DNA of 64,000 nucleotides from a virus. The stretch lies in the IMG/VR virus record IMGVR_UViG_3300027736_002225; one strand, given 5' to 3'. A model generated the notes under the pieces. It did not search any database, was not told where the DNA came from, and saw only the letters and a program-made list of their open reading frames with translations. Below are positions 1-9,953 of the stretch, piece after piece. The position numbers were made by a program, and so were the translations under genes. Every line of letters begins with the position of its first letter. The stretch's first letter is position 1.

Positions 1-202
1 CTTCTTTGTTTTGCTTTGACCACCATTCAACAGTATCCTTGGCAATATGCAGGCCTGCTTCTTTGCATGACTTTATATCAATAGTGCAGTAAAACGTATC
101 CAGTATTTTATCCCCTTCAAATTTTACTGCACCAATGGAACAAATTGCCGCATTTGATCTTGTTGACATTGTCTCCAAATCAACCATTACGTTTATAGTC
201 AT
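1..202 (-). CDS. DexA-like DEDD 3'-5' exonuclease (5' part; runs off the window)
   Basis: Manual translation [28 protein letters not shown]...TVEWWSKQ shows the DxE exonuclease motif; ATGA overlap with the folE stop. Confidence 0.75.
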   Translation of the reverse strand, partial: MTINVMVDLETMSTRSNAAICSIGAVKFEGDKILDTFYCTIDIKSCKEAGLHIAKDTVEWWSKQNKE

Positions 203-888
203 TTTGAACGGGCGATGCTTAAGAATTCATTTCGTAGTGCAGGATCAGTTTTAAATCCGCCACCTAATTTACTTGTAACTGTAGAGCTACCAGTATCTTC
301 TACGCCTCGGCTCTTAACACAGTAATGCTGAGCATCAAGCATAACTGCAACATTATCTGTTTCCAAGATAAATTGCAGGGCATGGTAAATTTGTTCTGTC
401 AAGCGTTCTTGAATCTGAGGACGCTTGCTAAAGTATTCTACGATACGATTGATTTTACTCAATCCAAGAACTTTATCTTTTGGGACATAAGCAACAGTTG
501 CCAATCCATCAATAACTACAAAATGATGTTCACAATTACTTTGGACATTAACATTGCGCTCAACGACCATTTCATTATATTTCATCTTGTTATCAACTGT
601 GGTACATTTAGGGAATGCGTCATAATCAAGTCCCCAAAAGATTTCATTGACATACATTCGGGCAACACGTTTTGGAGTATCACATAAACTATCATCTTCT
701 AAATCAAGGCCCAGCACTCGCATAATTTCTGAAAAGTGAGACTCAATTACTTCAATCTTTGTTTTGCGATCAAGATCTAATCGAGTATTAGGATCTAATC
801 GGGTAGGAGTCTCGACTCCCATTGCAACTAAATGCTGATGAACTTTTTGCCCCAATTCTGGGTCTGTTTTTGTCTTGTTATATGACAT
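199..888 (-). CDS. folE: GTP cyclohydrolase I
   Basis: [41 protein letters not shown] motifs. Confidence 0.97.
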   Translation of the reverse strand: MSYNKTKTDPELGQKVHQHLVAMGVETPTRLDPNTRLDLDRKTKIEVIESHFSEIMRVLGLDLEDDSLCDTPKRVARMYVNEIFWGLDYDAFPKCTTVDNKMKYNEMVVERNVNVQSNCEHHFVVIDGLATVAYVPKDKVLGLSKINRIVEYFSKRPQIQERLTEQIYHALQFILETDNVAVMLDAQHYCVKSRGVEDTGSSTVTSKLGGGFKTDPALRNEFLSIARSK

Positions 889-952
889 TTGAATCCTTCC
901 TTACACGGATATGATGATTGAAAATTTTGTTACCTTTGTGTAACATTATTAT

Positions 953-1813
953 TTATGTTCCCCACTCATTCTTAAAAAGTGGTACTTGTAAACGATCGCT
1001 ATATCGAAGACCATTCTTCATTGCCATTTCTGCAACCTTTCGATTGTTCATAGCATAAACGCTTTCGACACCGCCTACCGGCATCAAATAAACAGGACCT
1101 TTAAACCCTGCAGATTTATATAGTTCAATTGCTTCCATTGCTTCTTCAGCATCTTCTTCAGTTGCAACTACAAACTTAAGATAAGTGTATCCAACGTCTT
1201 GATATGCTGATACAATGTCGGGGCAAATTGCTTCTTCCCATTTTTCGCCGCTGACACTTAATTTTGGACTAACAGAAAATGTTAGTGCATTATATCCTCT
1301 GTCTTTACGACCAAGAGACCAATTAAGAAGAAATTGTCTGAATTCAGATGACAATGCCTGTGTACCATTTGTTTCAAACGTAATCTCTTTTAAAGATTTC
1401 ATTTTTTCATTATCTAGAAGATCTGGATACGATCGTTGCCAACCAAGTAATGGTTCGCCGCCCGTTATTACAAGATGTTCGTCTTCCCATTTCTTGTACG
1501 GAAGTATATCCATAATTGTATCGGCAATGTTATCAGTATCAAGTACAGGGCTAAGATGCTTAAAACGAGGATCCCAGCTAGCGTAAGAATCGCACCCTGT
1601 ACTAACAAGAGGCAAATCTTTATAGGAAAGAAACTTACGTACGTCAGCCGCGATATAATCAACTTCATTGCTAAATTCCCCTTTTGGCATTCCAAATCCA
1701 CTACAAGTGAAGTTACAACCAAATGTACGAAGAAAAACACTAGGTACGCCCATGTAGCGGCCTTCACCTTGTATACTATAAAACAATTCTGCAACTTTAA
1801 GCTTTGCCATCAA
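953..1813 (-). CDS. queE: 7-carboxy-7-deazaguanine synthase (radical SAM)
   Basis: ELFYSIQGEG, VFLRTFGCN, ITGGEPLL, ETNGT, SVSPKL motifs; adjacent to folE. Confidence 0.9.
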   Translation of the reverse strand: MMAKLKVAELFYSIQGEGRYMGVPSVFLRTFGCNFTCSGFGMPKGEFSNEVDYIAADVRKFLSYKDLPLVSTGCDSYASWDPRFKHLSPVLDTDNIADTIMDILPYKKWEDEHLVITGGEPLLGWQRSYPDLLDNEKMKSLKEITFETNGTQALSSEFRQFLLNWSLGRKDRGYNALTFSVSPKLSVSGEKWEEAICPDIVSAYQDVGYTYLKFVVATEEDAEEAMEAIELYKSAGFKGPVYLMPVGGVESVYAMNNRKVAEMAMKNGLRYSDRLQVPLFKNEWGT

Positions 1814-1851
1814 GACTCCAATAATTTAATTAACACTTATTATATAGTAAA

Positions 1852-2466
1852 TTAGTCATCCATGTCAAGAGGATTGTCTGAATCTATTTCAACTTTTTTA
1901 ACCTTTTTAGGGATATTTATGTTGCGTTTTTCAATATCAATATTGTCCATTTGCCGTTTTAAGTAATCCAAAAATTGGTGACTAAATTCACCGTTATCAT
2001 GATCTTGCAAGATCAAGGAATCAATATCCATATTCTCAATCATCTTATACTTAGTGGCCTGTTGTTTCTTTTCCTTTTGAATTCTGCGAATAAAGGCAAA
2101 GTAAATAATCTGAGTATAATATGCAAATGGATTTGAAGATTTACTTGGGTCAAATTTTTGTACTGCAGTTAAACAATTTTCAATCCCGTCCGAAATCATA
2201 TCATCTTTAAAAGTATAATTAATAAAATTAGATTTGTATGAAAGGTGTGTAGCAATCTTTATAAAACATTCGCCAATATATCTAGTAACAACGGGGGTTT
2301 CTTCTCCTCGTTCTTTAGCAGCATCGACTTGTTCTTTATATGCTATTAAGGCTTCTAAAAACTCTTTATTATTTACATAATGTGCAGTAACCGAAGGTTT
2401 CTTTTCCTTAATGGAAAGTTTTCCTTCGTCTGATTCTATTATTCCCATAGTCGTGTCTTTCATCAT
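1852..2466 (-). CDS. gp55: Late-transcription sigma factor gp55 (true start may be the ATG at 2448)
   Basis: HYVNNKEFL, YIGECFIKIA, DMISDGIENC, NPFAYYTQI motifs. Confidence 0.9.
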   Translation of the reverse strand: MMKDTTMGIIESDEGKLSIKEKKPSVTAHYVNNKEFLEALIAYKEQVDAAKERGEETPVVTRYIGECFIKIATHLSYKSNFINYTFKDDMISDGIENCLTAVQKFDPSKSSNPFAYYTQIIYFAFIRRIQKEKKQQATKYKMIENMDIDSLILQDHDNGEFSHQFLDYLKRQMDNIDIEKRNINIPKKVKKVEIDSDNPLDMDD

Positions 2467-2824
2467 TTTCTTCTTCTAAAATTGAGTCTCTTATTTCATC
2501 TGTTACATCAATTGCGTTTTCTTCTGCTTCTTTACGGGCATCAAGATATTTAATATAATTTTCTGTAAGTTCTTCGTTGGCTTTTGCGTATGATATAATA
2601 TTTCGAACAGGAACCTCATAAAATTCTTCTTTGGTTAATGCAAACCAAGGAGCAAGTGTATACGATTCAATTACAGCTCTTCCAACATTTGATCTAATTT
2701 GATTTAATACCAAAGGATCTTTTATAAAAAGACTAAAGGTATTTTTTAAATCTATTACTTCATCCGTTTTACATACTATATCTTCACCACTATTTAACTT
2801 CAATATTTTATAACTTAGGATCAT
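2408..2824 (-). CDS. Conserved T4-like hypothetical protein (Sm-like fold likely)
   Basis: KILKLNSGEDIV start; usual position between uvsW and gp55. Confidence 0.6.
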   Translation of the reverse strand: MILSYKILKLNSGEDIVCKTDEVIDLKNTFSLFIKDPLVLNQIRSNVGRAVIESYTLAPWFALTKEEFYEVPVRNIISYAKANEELTENYIKYLDARKEAEENAIDVTDEIRDSILEEENDERHDYGNNRIRRRKTFH

Positions 2825-4305
2825 TGTAATTGAACTTTTATAAGTTTGTAGTCAAAATGTTCATCATTGTAAATTTTTATCCGTTCAATCATATGAAGTA
2901 ACGTAAAGTTCTTTTTAGATTTCCAGGTTAAATCATCGCCTATATCATATAGATTGCAACTGTCTTTGTCTTTGGTTGTTCTCAAACCACGTCCAATAGA
3001 TTGCAAATTTCTTATCCGAGATTTAGAAGGAGATGCAAATACAATATTATGCAAATTCTTAATGTTAATCCCGGTAGAGAATGTTCCATATGAAGCCACT
3101 ATTATAGCATTATTTTCGAGTTCTGTCAATGCTCGAATTTTTTCTCTTTGCTCCGTATCTGTTCCCCCATAAACAAAAAATACTTTTCTATTTTCTGCTT
3201 TGGCATTAATCATTTCATATAGATTTTTGCCATGTTTTTCTACATACTGAAATAATACAAGACTGTTACCTTCTTGTTTAAGAGTCAAATTTCTAATAAA
3301 TTTGTTTCTTGGTTCGTATTGAACAAGAAAATCCATTTCTTCTTGATACGTTTTACCCTTCATAGCTTTTTTAATTTCATCCGGATAATCTAATATCAAA
3401 TTATAGATTTTTAAATCAGATAATGTTTTGCTTGTAATAAGTTTCTTAGTTGTTGTGACTTTATAAACAGGACCAAAGATACCTTCAAGAACTAACTTAT
3501 GCGTTTGTGTACCATCCAATGTACCAGTAGTCCCTACTCTATAAGGAGCGTCTGGGCATTTATTTAAAATTCCAGTTAAAGATTTTGCTTTAAATTGATG
3601 AGCTTCGTCTCCATAAACAACTTGGAATTTTTCAAAAAATTGTTTTGGTAATTTATAGATAGATTGCCAGGTACTAATAACAACATTACAATCTGTAGAT
3701 TTTTCATGCCCGCCATAAATGCGATGGCAATGGGATGCTGCATCCCATCCATTTAAACAAGAATAATCTCGAAAATCTGAAAACATCTGTTCTACCAAAG
3801 ATGTTGTAGGTACAATAATTAATTGCCTTCTGTCAAATTCATAGTGCCAACGAATTATACAATAAATTATTAAAGATTTTCCAGATCCGGTGGGAGAAAG
3901 TAATAACCTTCTACCGTCGCTAATTGCTTTATGTACCGCTTCTATTTGATATTCTCTAATTGGAATCGGTTCGCCTTTTGAGCCAATGTTTAACTTTTCA
4001 CAAAATTCTTTTACAGATTCAAAAGTACATTCATCTGCAGTTTTTTCATACTCAGATAAATCTACAGTGTATTCTCTTTCTTTTGCAAAATGTTCAACAT
4101 ACTCTTTTAAGCCAACATAAAGCTCTTTAGTAAACATAGAAAAAAGCCTGACACGGCCATCCCACATCTTTGATCTATACAAAGGGTGAAATTTTGCACC
4201 AGGTACTTCGAAGGAAAAATGATTATTTAATTCCTGAGCAATTGAAGGCTCAGCATCAATATTCAAATATACTTCATTCTTTTTTCTTATTTTTATATCG
4301 GCCAT
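2821..4305 (-). CDS. uvsW: UvsW SF2 helicase
   Basis: SPTGSGKS, DEAH, QSIGRGLR motifs. Confidence 0.95.
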   Translation of the reverse strand: MADIKIRKKNEVYLNIDAEPSIAQELNNHFSFEVPGAKFHPLYRSKMWDGRVRLFSMFTKELYVGLKEYVEHFAKEREYTVDLSEYEKTADECTFESVKEFCEKLNIGSKGEPIPIREYQIEAVHKAISDGRRLLLSPTGSGKSLIIYCIIRWHYEFDRRQLIIVPTTSLVEQMFSDFRDYSCLNGWDAASHCHRIYGGHEKSTDCNVVISTWQSIYKLPKQFFEKFQVVYGDEAHQFKAKSLTGILNKCPDAPYRVGTTGTLDGTQTHKLVLEGIFGPVYKVTTTKKLITSKTLSDLKIYNLILDYPDEIKKAMKGKTYQEEMDFLVQYEPRNKFIRNLTLKQEGNSLVLFQYVEKHGKNLYEMINAKAENRKVFFVYGGTDTEQREKIRALTELENNAIIVASYGTFSTGINIKNLHNIVFASPSKSRIRNLQSIGRGLRTTKDKDSCNLYDIGDDLTWKSKKNFTLLHMIERIKIYNDEHFDYKLIKVQLQ

Positions 4306-4745
4306 TACATCATACCGTTAGTGAATTTTGTCCATTCTAAACAGTTCTTAATATCCCATGTTCTACTATTCAATGACCGAATAATTTGCTCCAATTGGTA
4401 CTGAACAATTTTAAAATATTCAACCTTATCTTCTAATAAAATAAGATCGTTATCTACCTGCAGGAACTCATCCATTTCATTTTTTAATGGTTTGTTTCCC
4501 TGCCATTGTTCCCATTCTTCTGCAGCTAATTCGGCTTGTGTCATTTCTCCTCTGTAATACTTATATTTCTTACGTCGGAGGTTTAAATAGTCAGACTCGG
4601 CTTTTCGTAAATTAAGACGAGTAGATGATAAAAAATTCAAATACTTTGAATGTAATAAAGGAGTGCGAGCAGATTCTTGCCCTAGATTAGTTTCATTAAT
4701 CTTGCAATCATCTGCCCACGATGACTGTAGGTCAGACAATTTCAT
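4305..4745 (-). CDS. uvsY: UvsY recombination mediator
   Basis: LHSKYL, YYRGE, C-terminal IKNCLEWTKF; adjacent to uvsW. Confidence 0.9.
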   Translation of the reverse strand: MKLSDLQSSWADDCKINETNLGQESARTPLLHSKYLNFLSSTRLNLRKAESDYLNLRRKKYKYYRGEMTQAELAAEEWEQWQGNKPLKNEMDEFLQVDNDLILLEDKVEYFKIVQYQLEQIIRSLNSRTWDIKNCLEWTKFTNGMM

Positions 4746-4748
4746 GGA

Positions 4749-5633
4749 TTAACCAATTTTGATAATTTGATTAGGATTACCTTGGAAGTTGAAAGAACCG
4801 AAGTGGTTTAGCGAGATTGACGGATCAAGCCAAATATCACCGCCAATACCTTGCCAACGACGACTAAAGGTATAATCCTCAGACAAATAACGACGATCTT
4901 TAGGATCAATCATTGTGTCAAAGAATGCATAGAAAAAGTCTTGCAAATCTGGAGGAGTATTCAAATCGTTGTTATATTTGAGTTCCGGATATGCTGCAAT
5001 CATCTTGTCAATTGCTTCGCGCTTAATCATCATAAATCCTGTAGCGCCGTCATGCAATTTGATAACGCCACTTTCAATAGCAATTTGCTTCATATCTGCA
5101 TTAACAAATTTAAAGTTAATAGCATAATCACTTCCTGAAGCTGCGATCATTCTATCGTCCATAGGGGCCTGTCCATTAGACAAAACCGCATCACGGATAC
5201 GTTGCCAGTTAACACCCTTCTTAGGATATGCACCAACGCATACTTCTTTATTGTGTGCAATAAGTTTCAAGACATCTTCAACTTGAAATTCAATGTCAGC
5301 ATCAATAAACAATAGACGAGTATAGTTGCTTTGCAAAAAATATGCAACTAAAACATTTCGAGCACGAGTAACAAGAGACTCATTTGCAATTGTTCCAAAT
5401 GCAACTGGAATTTGATGTTGGTTGAAAAATGTCAATGTGCGAACCATTGAACGGAAATACGCTTCTGTTAGCATACCACCATAACAAGGGGTTGCAATAA
5501 AAAGTCGTTCTTTGCGAAGATCTTCAATGTTTATTTGAAGTTGACTTTGTTGGTTTTCTGCTGGTGCGGCAGGTTTATTAAATTTTGGCACCGGTACTTT
5601 CGGAATGTTTTTCAAAGGGTTGTTTTTAGCCAT
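4749..5633 (-). CDS. GT-A fold glycosyltransferase-like protein
   Basis: IATPCYGG, ESLVTRARN, FIDADI (DxD), ATGFMMIKR, LSEDYTF motifs. Confidence 0.75.
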   Translation of the reverse strand: MAKNNPLKNIPKVPVPKFNKPAAPAENQQSQLQINIEDLRKERLFIATPCYGGMLTEAYFRSMVRTLTFFNQHQIPVAFGTIANESLVTRARNVLVAYFLQSNYTRLLFIDADIEFQVEDVLKLIAHNKEVCVGAYPKKGVNWQRIRDAVLSNGQAPMDDRMIAASGSDYAINFKFVNADMKQIAIESGVIKLHDGATGFMMIKREAIDKMIAAYPELKYNNDLNTPPDLQDFFYAFFDTMIDPKDRRYLSEDYTFSRRWQGIGGDIWLDPSISLNHFGSFNFQGNPNQIIKIG

Positions 5634-5652
5634 ACTATCTCCATATTATTAA

Positions 5653-6237
5653 TTAAAGTTTCTCCACCTCAAACAAGGTATATTTAAATGAGGCAATTGC
5701 GGTAAAATATTCAACGCTTGCAGATGCAATATCAAAGTCTAAAGCTTCCAAGGACACAGGGAATATGTCTTTAAACATTATATTTACTTTAGGCGTATTT
5801 GTCGAGTCTAAAATGCACAAAGTTGCATCCGAGTATGCCAAAACTTCAGTAATTCCTTTAGAAGTTACTTTAAATGGAAATGCACTTGGCTTATTCGCAG
5901 TAAATGCGCCGAATTGGGTATAATCTTTTGGAAACCCCAATGCAACTAACCATTTATATATTTCCATATAGTTTGACATATCTTCTGCGATTAAAAATCT
6001 AATACTAAGATCTCCAAATTGCAGCTTGTCTCCAATGCGAGGAATATCGGTAAAGGGCGAGGGTTGAGATGCAAACCCTAAAGCCAATTGAGGTAAATTT
6101 GCAGATTGACAAGTAAACGATACATTTGGTATATCCTTTACAGAAAATCTGAAAGCGTTTGGCCTTAGATAGTCGTGAGTTGTTGGCAAATTATTTGCAT
6201 AATTTTGCTGAAGCACACTTATATTTGAAGTAAACAT
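5653..6237 (-). CDS. gp3: Tail tube terminator / tail completion protein gp3
   Basis: YLRPNAFRF, FTCQSANLP, IGDKLQFGDL, SDATLCIL; position downstream of gp23. Confidence 0.8.
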   Translation of the reverse strand: MFTSNISVLQQNYANNLPTTHDYLRPNAFRFSVKDIPNVSFTCQSANLPQLALGFASQPSPFTDIPRIGDKLQFGDLSIRFLIAEDMSNYMEIYKWLVALGFPKDYTQFGAFTANKPSAFPFKVTSKGITEVLAYSDATLCILDSTNTPKVNIMFKDIFPVSLEALDFDIASASVEYFTAIASFKYTLFEVEKL

Positions 6238-6263
6238 TTTAAAACACCTTCTACTGATACTTA

Positions 6264-6271
6264 TATTTATA
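6264..6271 (-). promoter_or_regulatory. T4-type late promoter TATAAATA (gp3)
   Basis: Exact TATAAATA 26 nt upstream of the gp3 start. Confidence 0.75.
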
Positions 6272-6277
6272 AGGCAG

Positions 6278-6302
6278 AAAAGGGGGAAAAATCCCCCCTT
6301 TT
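6278..6302 (-). terminator. Intrinsic terminator after the major capsid gene
   Basis: GGGGGA-TTTT-TCCCCC stem followed by TTTT. Confidence 0.75.
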
Positions 6303-6369
6303 AAAGAACAGCCTGTAGACTGTAGATATACGCCGGTCTTAATGCCGGCTTTATCAATGTAATTTTTGA

Positions 6370-7665
6370 TTACATTAAATTCAATACTTGCGTACGACGA
6401 TAGTATTGATTACGGTTAGCTGTAAAGCTATCTGCGTCATTTGCGCCTGCTGAGTTAACAACATATGGGTTAGCAATTAGACCGTAACGTGTCTTAAAGC
6501 CAATCTTTGGCTGGAAGCTGTTAGGATCAACTGCGCGAACCATTTGTAGAGGAACATATGGGCAATAGAACATACCTGCATCATAAGGAGAAGAACCCTT
6601 ATAACCAACCATGTAGAATTGGCTTGCTGCGCCTAGATTTGATGAATACGGATCAATGTAAACTCTGTAACGTCCATTTAGAACACCAGCGAATGTATTG
6701 CCTGTATCGTCAACATTTAGACCTGTGCTCAATGCTGGAGCGTAGTCTAGAACACCGGACATAGCTAATGCGCTTGCAACGTCTGCAGAGCAAACGATGA
6801 AGTTACCTTTGCCACGACGTGTGTCTTGTGCAATGTGGTTAGCATCACGTTCAATGTTGAACAATAGACCTTTGAAACGCTCTACAGACCAACGTCCGTT
6901 AGAATCAACGTCTAAGTCAAATGTACCTGCGGTCGCTGTTGCAGGAGAACCTGGCTTAGCTACACCATAGATTGTACGAACAACTTCGCGGTTAATTTCA
7001 AACATGAATTCTTGGGATAGAATGTTTGACAATTCTGCTTCAGCGTCAAGACCATGAATTGCTTTCAAATCTTGTGCTAATTCAACGGTGTATTCTGCTT
7101 TTAACGCACGTGACTTAGCAGTAACTGTAGTCTTGTCAATGCTGAAAGACATTTCGTTAAATGCTTGGCCGCCGGATGTACCTTGAGCTTCAGCCGCTGC
7201 TGTCGTTGTACCTGCACCAGTTGTATAAGCACCAGAAACTGGGTTATTACCTGTTGTGCTAACTGCGTTACCAGAGAACGATGTATTTGCTTCGTTGAAC
7301 AATGCTTCTACACGTGTTGTAGTATTAGCACGCTCGCCGCTATACATAGATCTCATTGCAAAGATTAAGCCTGTTGGACCAGTCATTGGCTGAACACCGC
7401 AAATGTCATATGCCATTAAGTTAGGCATTGCACGGCGAACTAAACCAATCATGATTGGGTCATACTTGTCAATACCGCCAGTTGCGCTGATATTGTTGCC
7501 TGGAGCTGCCTCGAACAATGCATTACGCTCTTCACGTAATGAACGCTCTTGGTTCTCTAAAAGAACAGAAGTAACAGCTTTCTTGTAGCTATCCTTGATC
7601 TCTGGAAGATCTGGGTGCTCAAGAATGGCTTGCCATTTTTGTTGTAGGTTTTCCGATAAAAACAT
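6370..7665 (-). CDS. gp23: Major capsid protein gp23
   Basis: LVRRAMPNL, GVQPMTGPTGLIFAMR, KSRALKAEY, FYCPYVPL, GFKTRYG motifs. Confidence 0.98.
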   Translation of the reverse strand: MFLSENLQQKWQAILEHPDLPEIKDSYKKAVTSVLLENQERSLREERNALFEAAPGNNISATGGIDKYDPIMIGLVRRAMPNLMAYDICGVQPMTGPTGLIFAMRSMYSGERANTTTRVEALFNEANTSFSGNAVSTTGNNPVSGAYTTGAGTTTAAAEAQGTSGGQAFNEMSFSIDKTTVTAKSRALKAEYTVELAQDLKAIHGLDAEAELSNILSQEFMFEINREVVRTIYGVAKPGSPATATAGTFDLDVDSNGRWSVERFKGLLFNIERDANHIAQDTRRGKGNFIVCSADVASALAMSGVLDYAPALSTGLNVDDTGNTFAGVLNGRYRVYIDPYSSNLGAASQFYMVGYKGSSPYDAGMFYCPYVPLQMVRAVDPNSFQPKIGFKTRYGLIANPYVVNSAGANDADSFTANRNQYYRRTQVLNLM

Positions 7666-7694
7666 TTTTTTCTCCTTGATTAGTAGCGTGAAAA

Positions 7695-8822
7695 TTACGC
7701 TCTTTTAAATGATCTTGAAAGCGCTTGTGCATATACAGAAACAGTCGAAGTACCTTCTGAAAGTTCAGTAGGAATATCGTTGTCTTCTGTTAGAGTTTGC
7801 TGGGACTGAACAGATACTTTACCTTCTGTCACAATATTCTTTGGAAAATAATTCTCTTTAATTACAGAAACTTTTTCTCTGTAAAGATCTTCATTTTCAA
7901 AGTCAACACCTTCTAATAATTTACCCAATTTTGCAGCTTCTGTGTTAGCCAAATCTTTGGATAATTCTTCTATAATTGCAGCGCGCTTTAAAGAAATAAC
8001 TTCTTTATTGAGTTCTACACTGTTGCCAATAGCTTCATCTAATTTTGTAGATAGTTCTTCAGCCTTAGCTTGTAGTTCACCGATTACATCGTATTTTTCT
8101 TCAGGCACTTCAATGTAGTGTTCTTTGAATAGTACCTTTAGTCCAGACATGAAATCTTCTGCAATCTCTGTGCGAAGACCATTTTCTAGAGCTAGTTCAT
8201 TCTCTTTCATCCAGTTCTCAACTACATAGTTAAGATATGAATCAATTTTTTCAACAATGCCATCTTTGTATTCTGCAACATCTGCCGCATATTTTTCTTC
8301 TAACGATGCAGCAACTTTGTCCATTTCCGAATTTACGCGAGCAATAACGGCTGCTTCAAAAATAGATGTTGCTTTAGCTTTGAAATCTTCGGATAGATCA
8401 TCGCCAAAAATTGGGGATAGATCAATAACTCCGTTTGTTTCTTCTTCAGCAATTGTCTCACCTTCTTCTTCAGATTCTTCACCAACTGGTGTGTTACCTG
8501 CAGAATTTGGCTGATTAACTGCAGAAGCTAAATCGCCAACTGTTTGGAAGTTAGGAGTAGCGCCAGGGCCTTTTGCTGTTAAAGTATTTTGTTTAATACT
8601 TTTAGCGGAAATTGCGCCTTGGTTTTCTTCTTTCTCATCGCGATCTTCTTCGGTTCCAGCGTCCTGAGATGAGCCTTGTCTTGGCATAGAAGCGTCTCCG
8701 CTAACTGCTGCTTTGATTGAAGAATCTTTTGGGGAGCTAGGGCTCATTGCATCTGCTTCTTCTAAGCTAGCTTTAGCATTTACTTGCTCTAGCAATTGTT
8801 TGATTTTGCTTTCTACTGACAT
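7695..8822 (-). CDS. gp22: Prohead core scaffold gp22
   Basis: LSEDFKAKATSIFEAAV, YLNYVVENWM, IKENYF; synteny. Confidence 0.9.
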   Translation of the reverse strand: MSVESKIKQLLEQVNAKASLEEADAMSPSSPKDSSIKAAVSGDASMPRQGSSQDAGTEEDRDEKEENQGAISAKSIKQNTLTAKGPGATPNFQTVGDLASAVNQPNSAGNTPVGEESEEEGETIAEEETNGVIDLSPIFGDDLSEDFKAKATSIFEAAVIARVNSEMDKVAASLEEKYAADVAEYKDGIVEKIDSYLNYVVENWMKENELALENGLRTEIAEDFMSGLKVLFKEHYIEVPEEKYDVIGELQAKAEELSTKLDEAIGNSVELNKEVISLKRAAIIEELSKDLANTEAAKLGKLLEGVDFENEDLYREKVSVIKENYFPKNIVTEGKVSVQSQQTLTEDNDIPTELSEGTSTVSVYAQALSRSFKRA

Positions 8823-8851
8823 TAGTGTCTCCTAAATGGATTGTTTCAAAT

Positions 8852-8859
8852 TATTTATA
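8852..8859 (-). promoter_or_regulatory. Late promoter TATAAATA (gp22/gp23)
   Basis: Exact consensus in the gp21-gp22 intergenic gap. Confidence 0.75.
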
Positions 8860-8866
8860 AGTTTAC

Positions 8867-9517
8867 TTACCTAGACATTCTAGACATAAACTCTTCAAAC
8901 ATCTTTAGTTTAACAGATTCTAACTGTCCCTTAGATGCGCCCTTTAATGTTCGTTGTGCTTTTTCGACATCAACTGATCTCCAAAGACCGTTTTCGCATA
9001 TCCATTCAGCAGATTCATAAATGCCTTGAACAAAAGCATCATGGGCCGATGGATCAGCAACAATGTCTACGGTTGCAAGATGAAAATCATCTTGTACTTC
9101 ATTTACACCTTCTTTATTAAGTTTTAATGAACCTAATCCTCTAGAAGAAACACCAAGTCTTACGCCGTTCTCAATTAAATTGCGAGCAATGTTGCCCATT
9201 GGTGTTTCTAAAATTTTTGCCTTGCCCATAACATTATTACCTTCAAATTTTAATTGAGTAATAAGGTGAGAACATTTATCCAAATTTAATGTTGGGTTTG
9301 CAGGGTGTCCCAATTCGCCTAGTGATCTTTTTTCGTCAATAAGCTTTTGGTATCTACCTAATTCTTTTTCCATAATGTCGCGCTTATATAAACGTCCATT
9401 ACGATTTGGTTGTTCTGTTTGCATAAAGATGCCTTCAATAAAGACATTTTTTCCGCCGCCTACTTTATCCTCAACCAAATATTGTAGGTCTTGTGCTACT
9501 TCTGTAATTAGTCTCAT
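8867..9517 (-). CDS. gp21: Prohead protease gp21
   Basis: NRNGRLY, GELGHP, GVSSRGLGS, DIVADPS motifs. Confidence 0.95.
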   Translation of the reverse strand: MRLITEVAQDLQYLVEDKVGGGKNVFIEGIFMQTEQPNRNGRLYKRDIMEKELGRYQKLIDEKRSLGELGHPANPTLNLDKCSHLITQLKFEGNNVMGKAKILETPMGNIARNLIENGVRLGVSSRGLGSLKLNKEGVNEVQDDFHLATVDIVADPSAHDAFVQGIYESAEWICENGLWRSVDVEKAQRTLKGASKGQLESVKLKMFEEFMSRMSR

Positions 9518-9530
9518 TTAAATTCCTATA

Positions 9531-9944
9531 TTAATTTGGAGCAGTTTGGAAATTAGGGCCTTCATACCCTGTTCGTTTGCCTAATACCAAATACAACATT
9601 CCACCCGTTGCCGGTAATTGCACTGTTATATTTGCATTTGCACTTATATCATCAACAAATCCTGCGCCTTGATCTAATTCCCAATCTTGACCGCCGTATA
9701 ATATCATTACATTTGACGCAGATGCAGAAGAAACGCCTCTTTGAACTAAGACAGGTACACCCGAGGCATCTGTAGAACTCCACATTGCTGTTTTAATTGT
9801 AACATTTGTATTTGCAAAACCTAGAAAAGTTTCTTCCGGTTGTGTAAGATCTGCTCTCAAATCCAAGTTAGCCATTCCGCTACCAATGAACTTAACAACT
9901 GCTTGTTGTCTTACATTTTTAAGTATTGTGGTTGTTACCGGCAT
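9531..9944 (-). CDS. Hypothetical head-region protein
   Basis: 137-aa ORF with GAGGA RBS in the head operon. Confidence 0.6.
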   Translation of the reverse strand: MPVTTTILKNVRQQAVVKFIGSGMANLDLRADLTQPEETFLGFANTNVTIKTAMWSSTDASGVPVLVQRGVSSASASNVMILYGGQDWELDQGAGFVDDISANANITVQLPATGGMLYLVLGKRTGYEGPNFQTAPN

Positions 9945-9953
9945 TTTGTCCTC

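Noticed and set aside
889-950. Canonical preQ1-I riboswitch upstream of folE
   Set aside because: Lacks the typical loop sequence and the long A-rich 3' tail; kept only as an unclassified candidate
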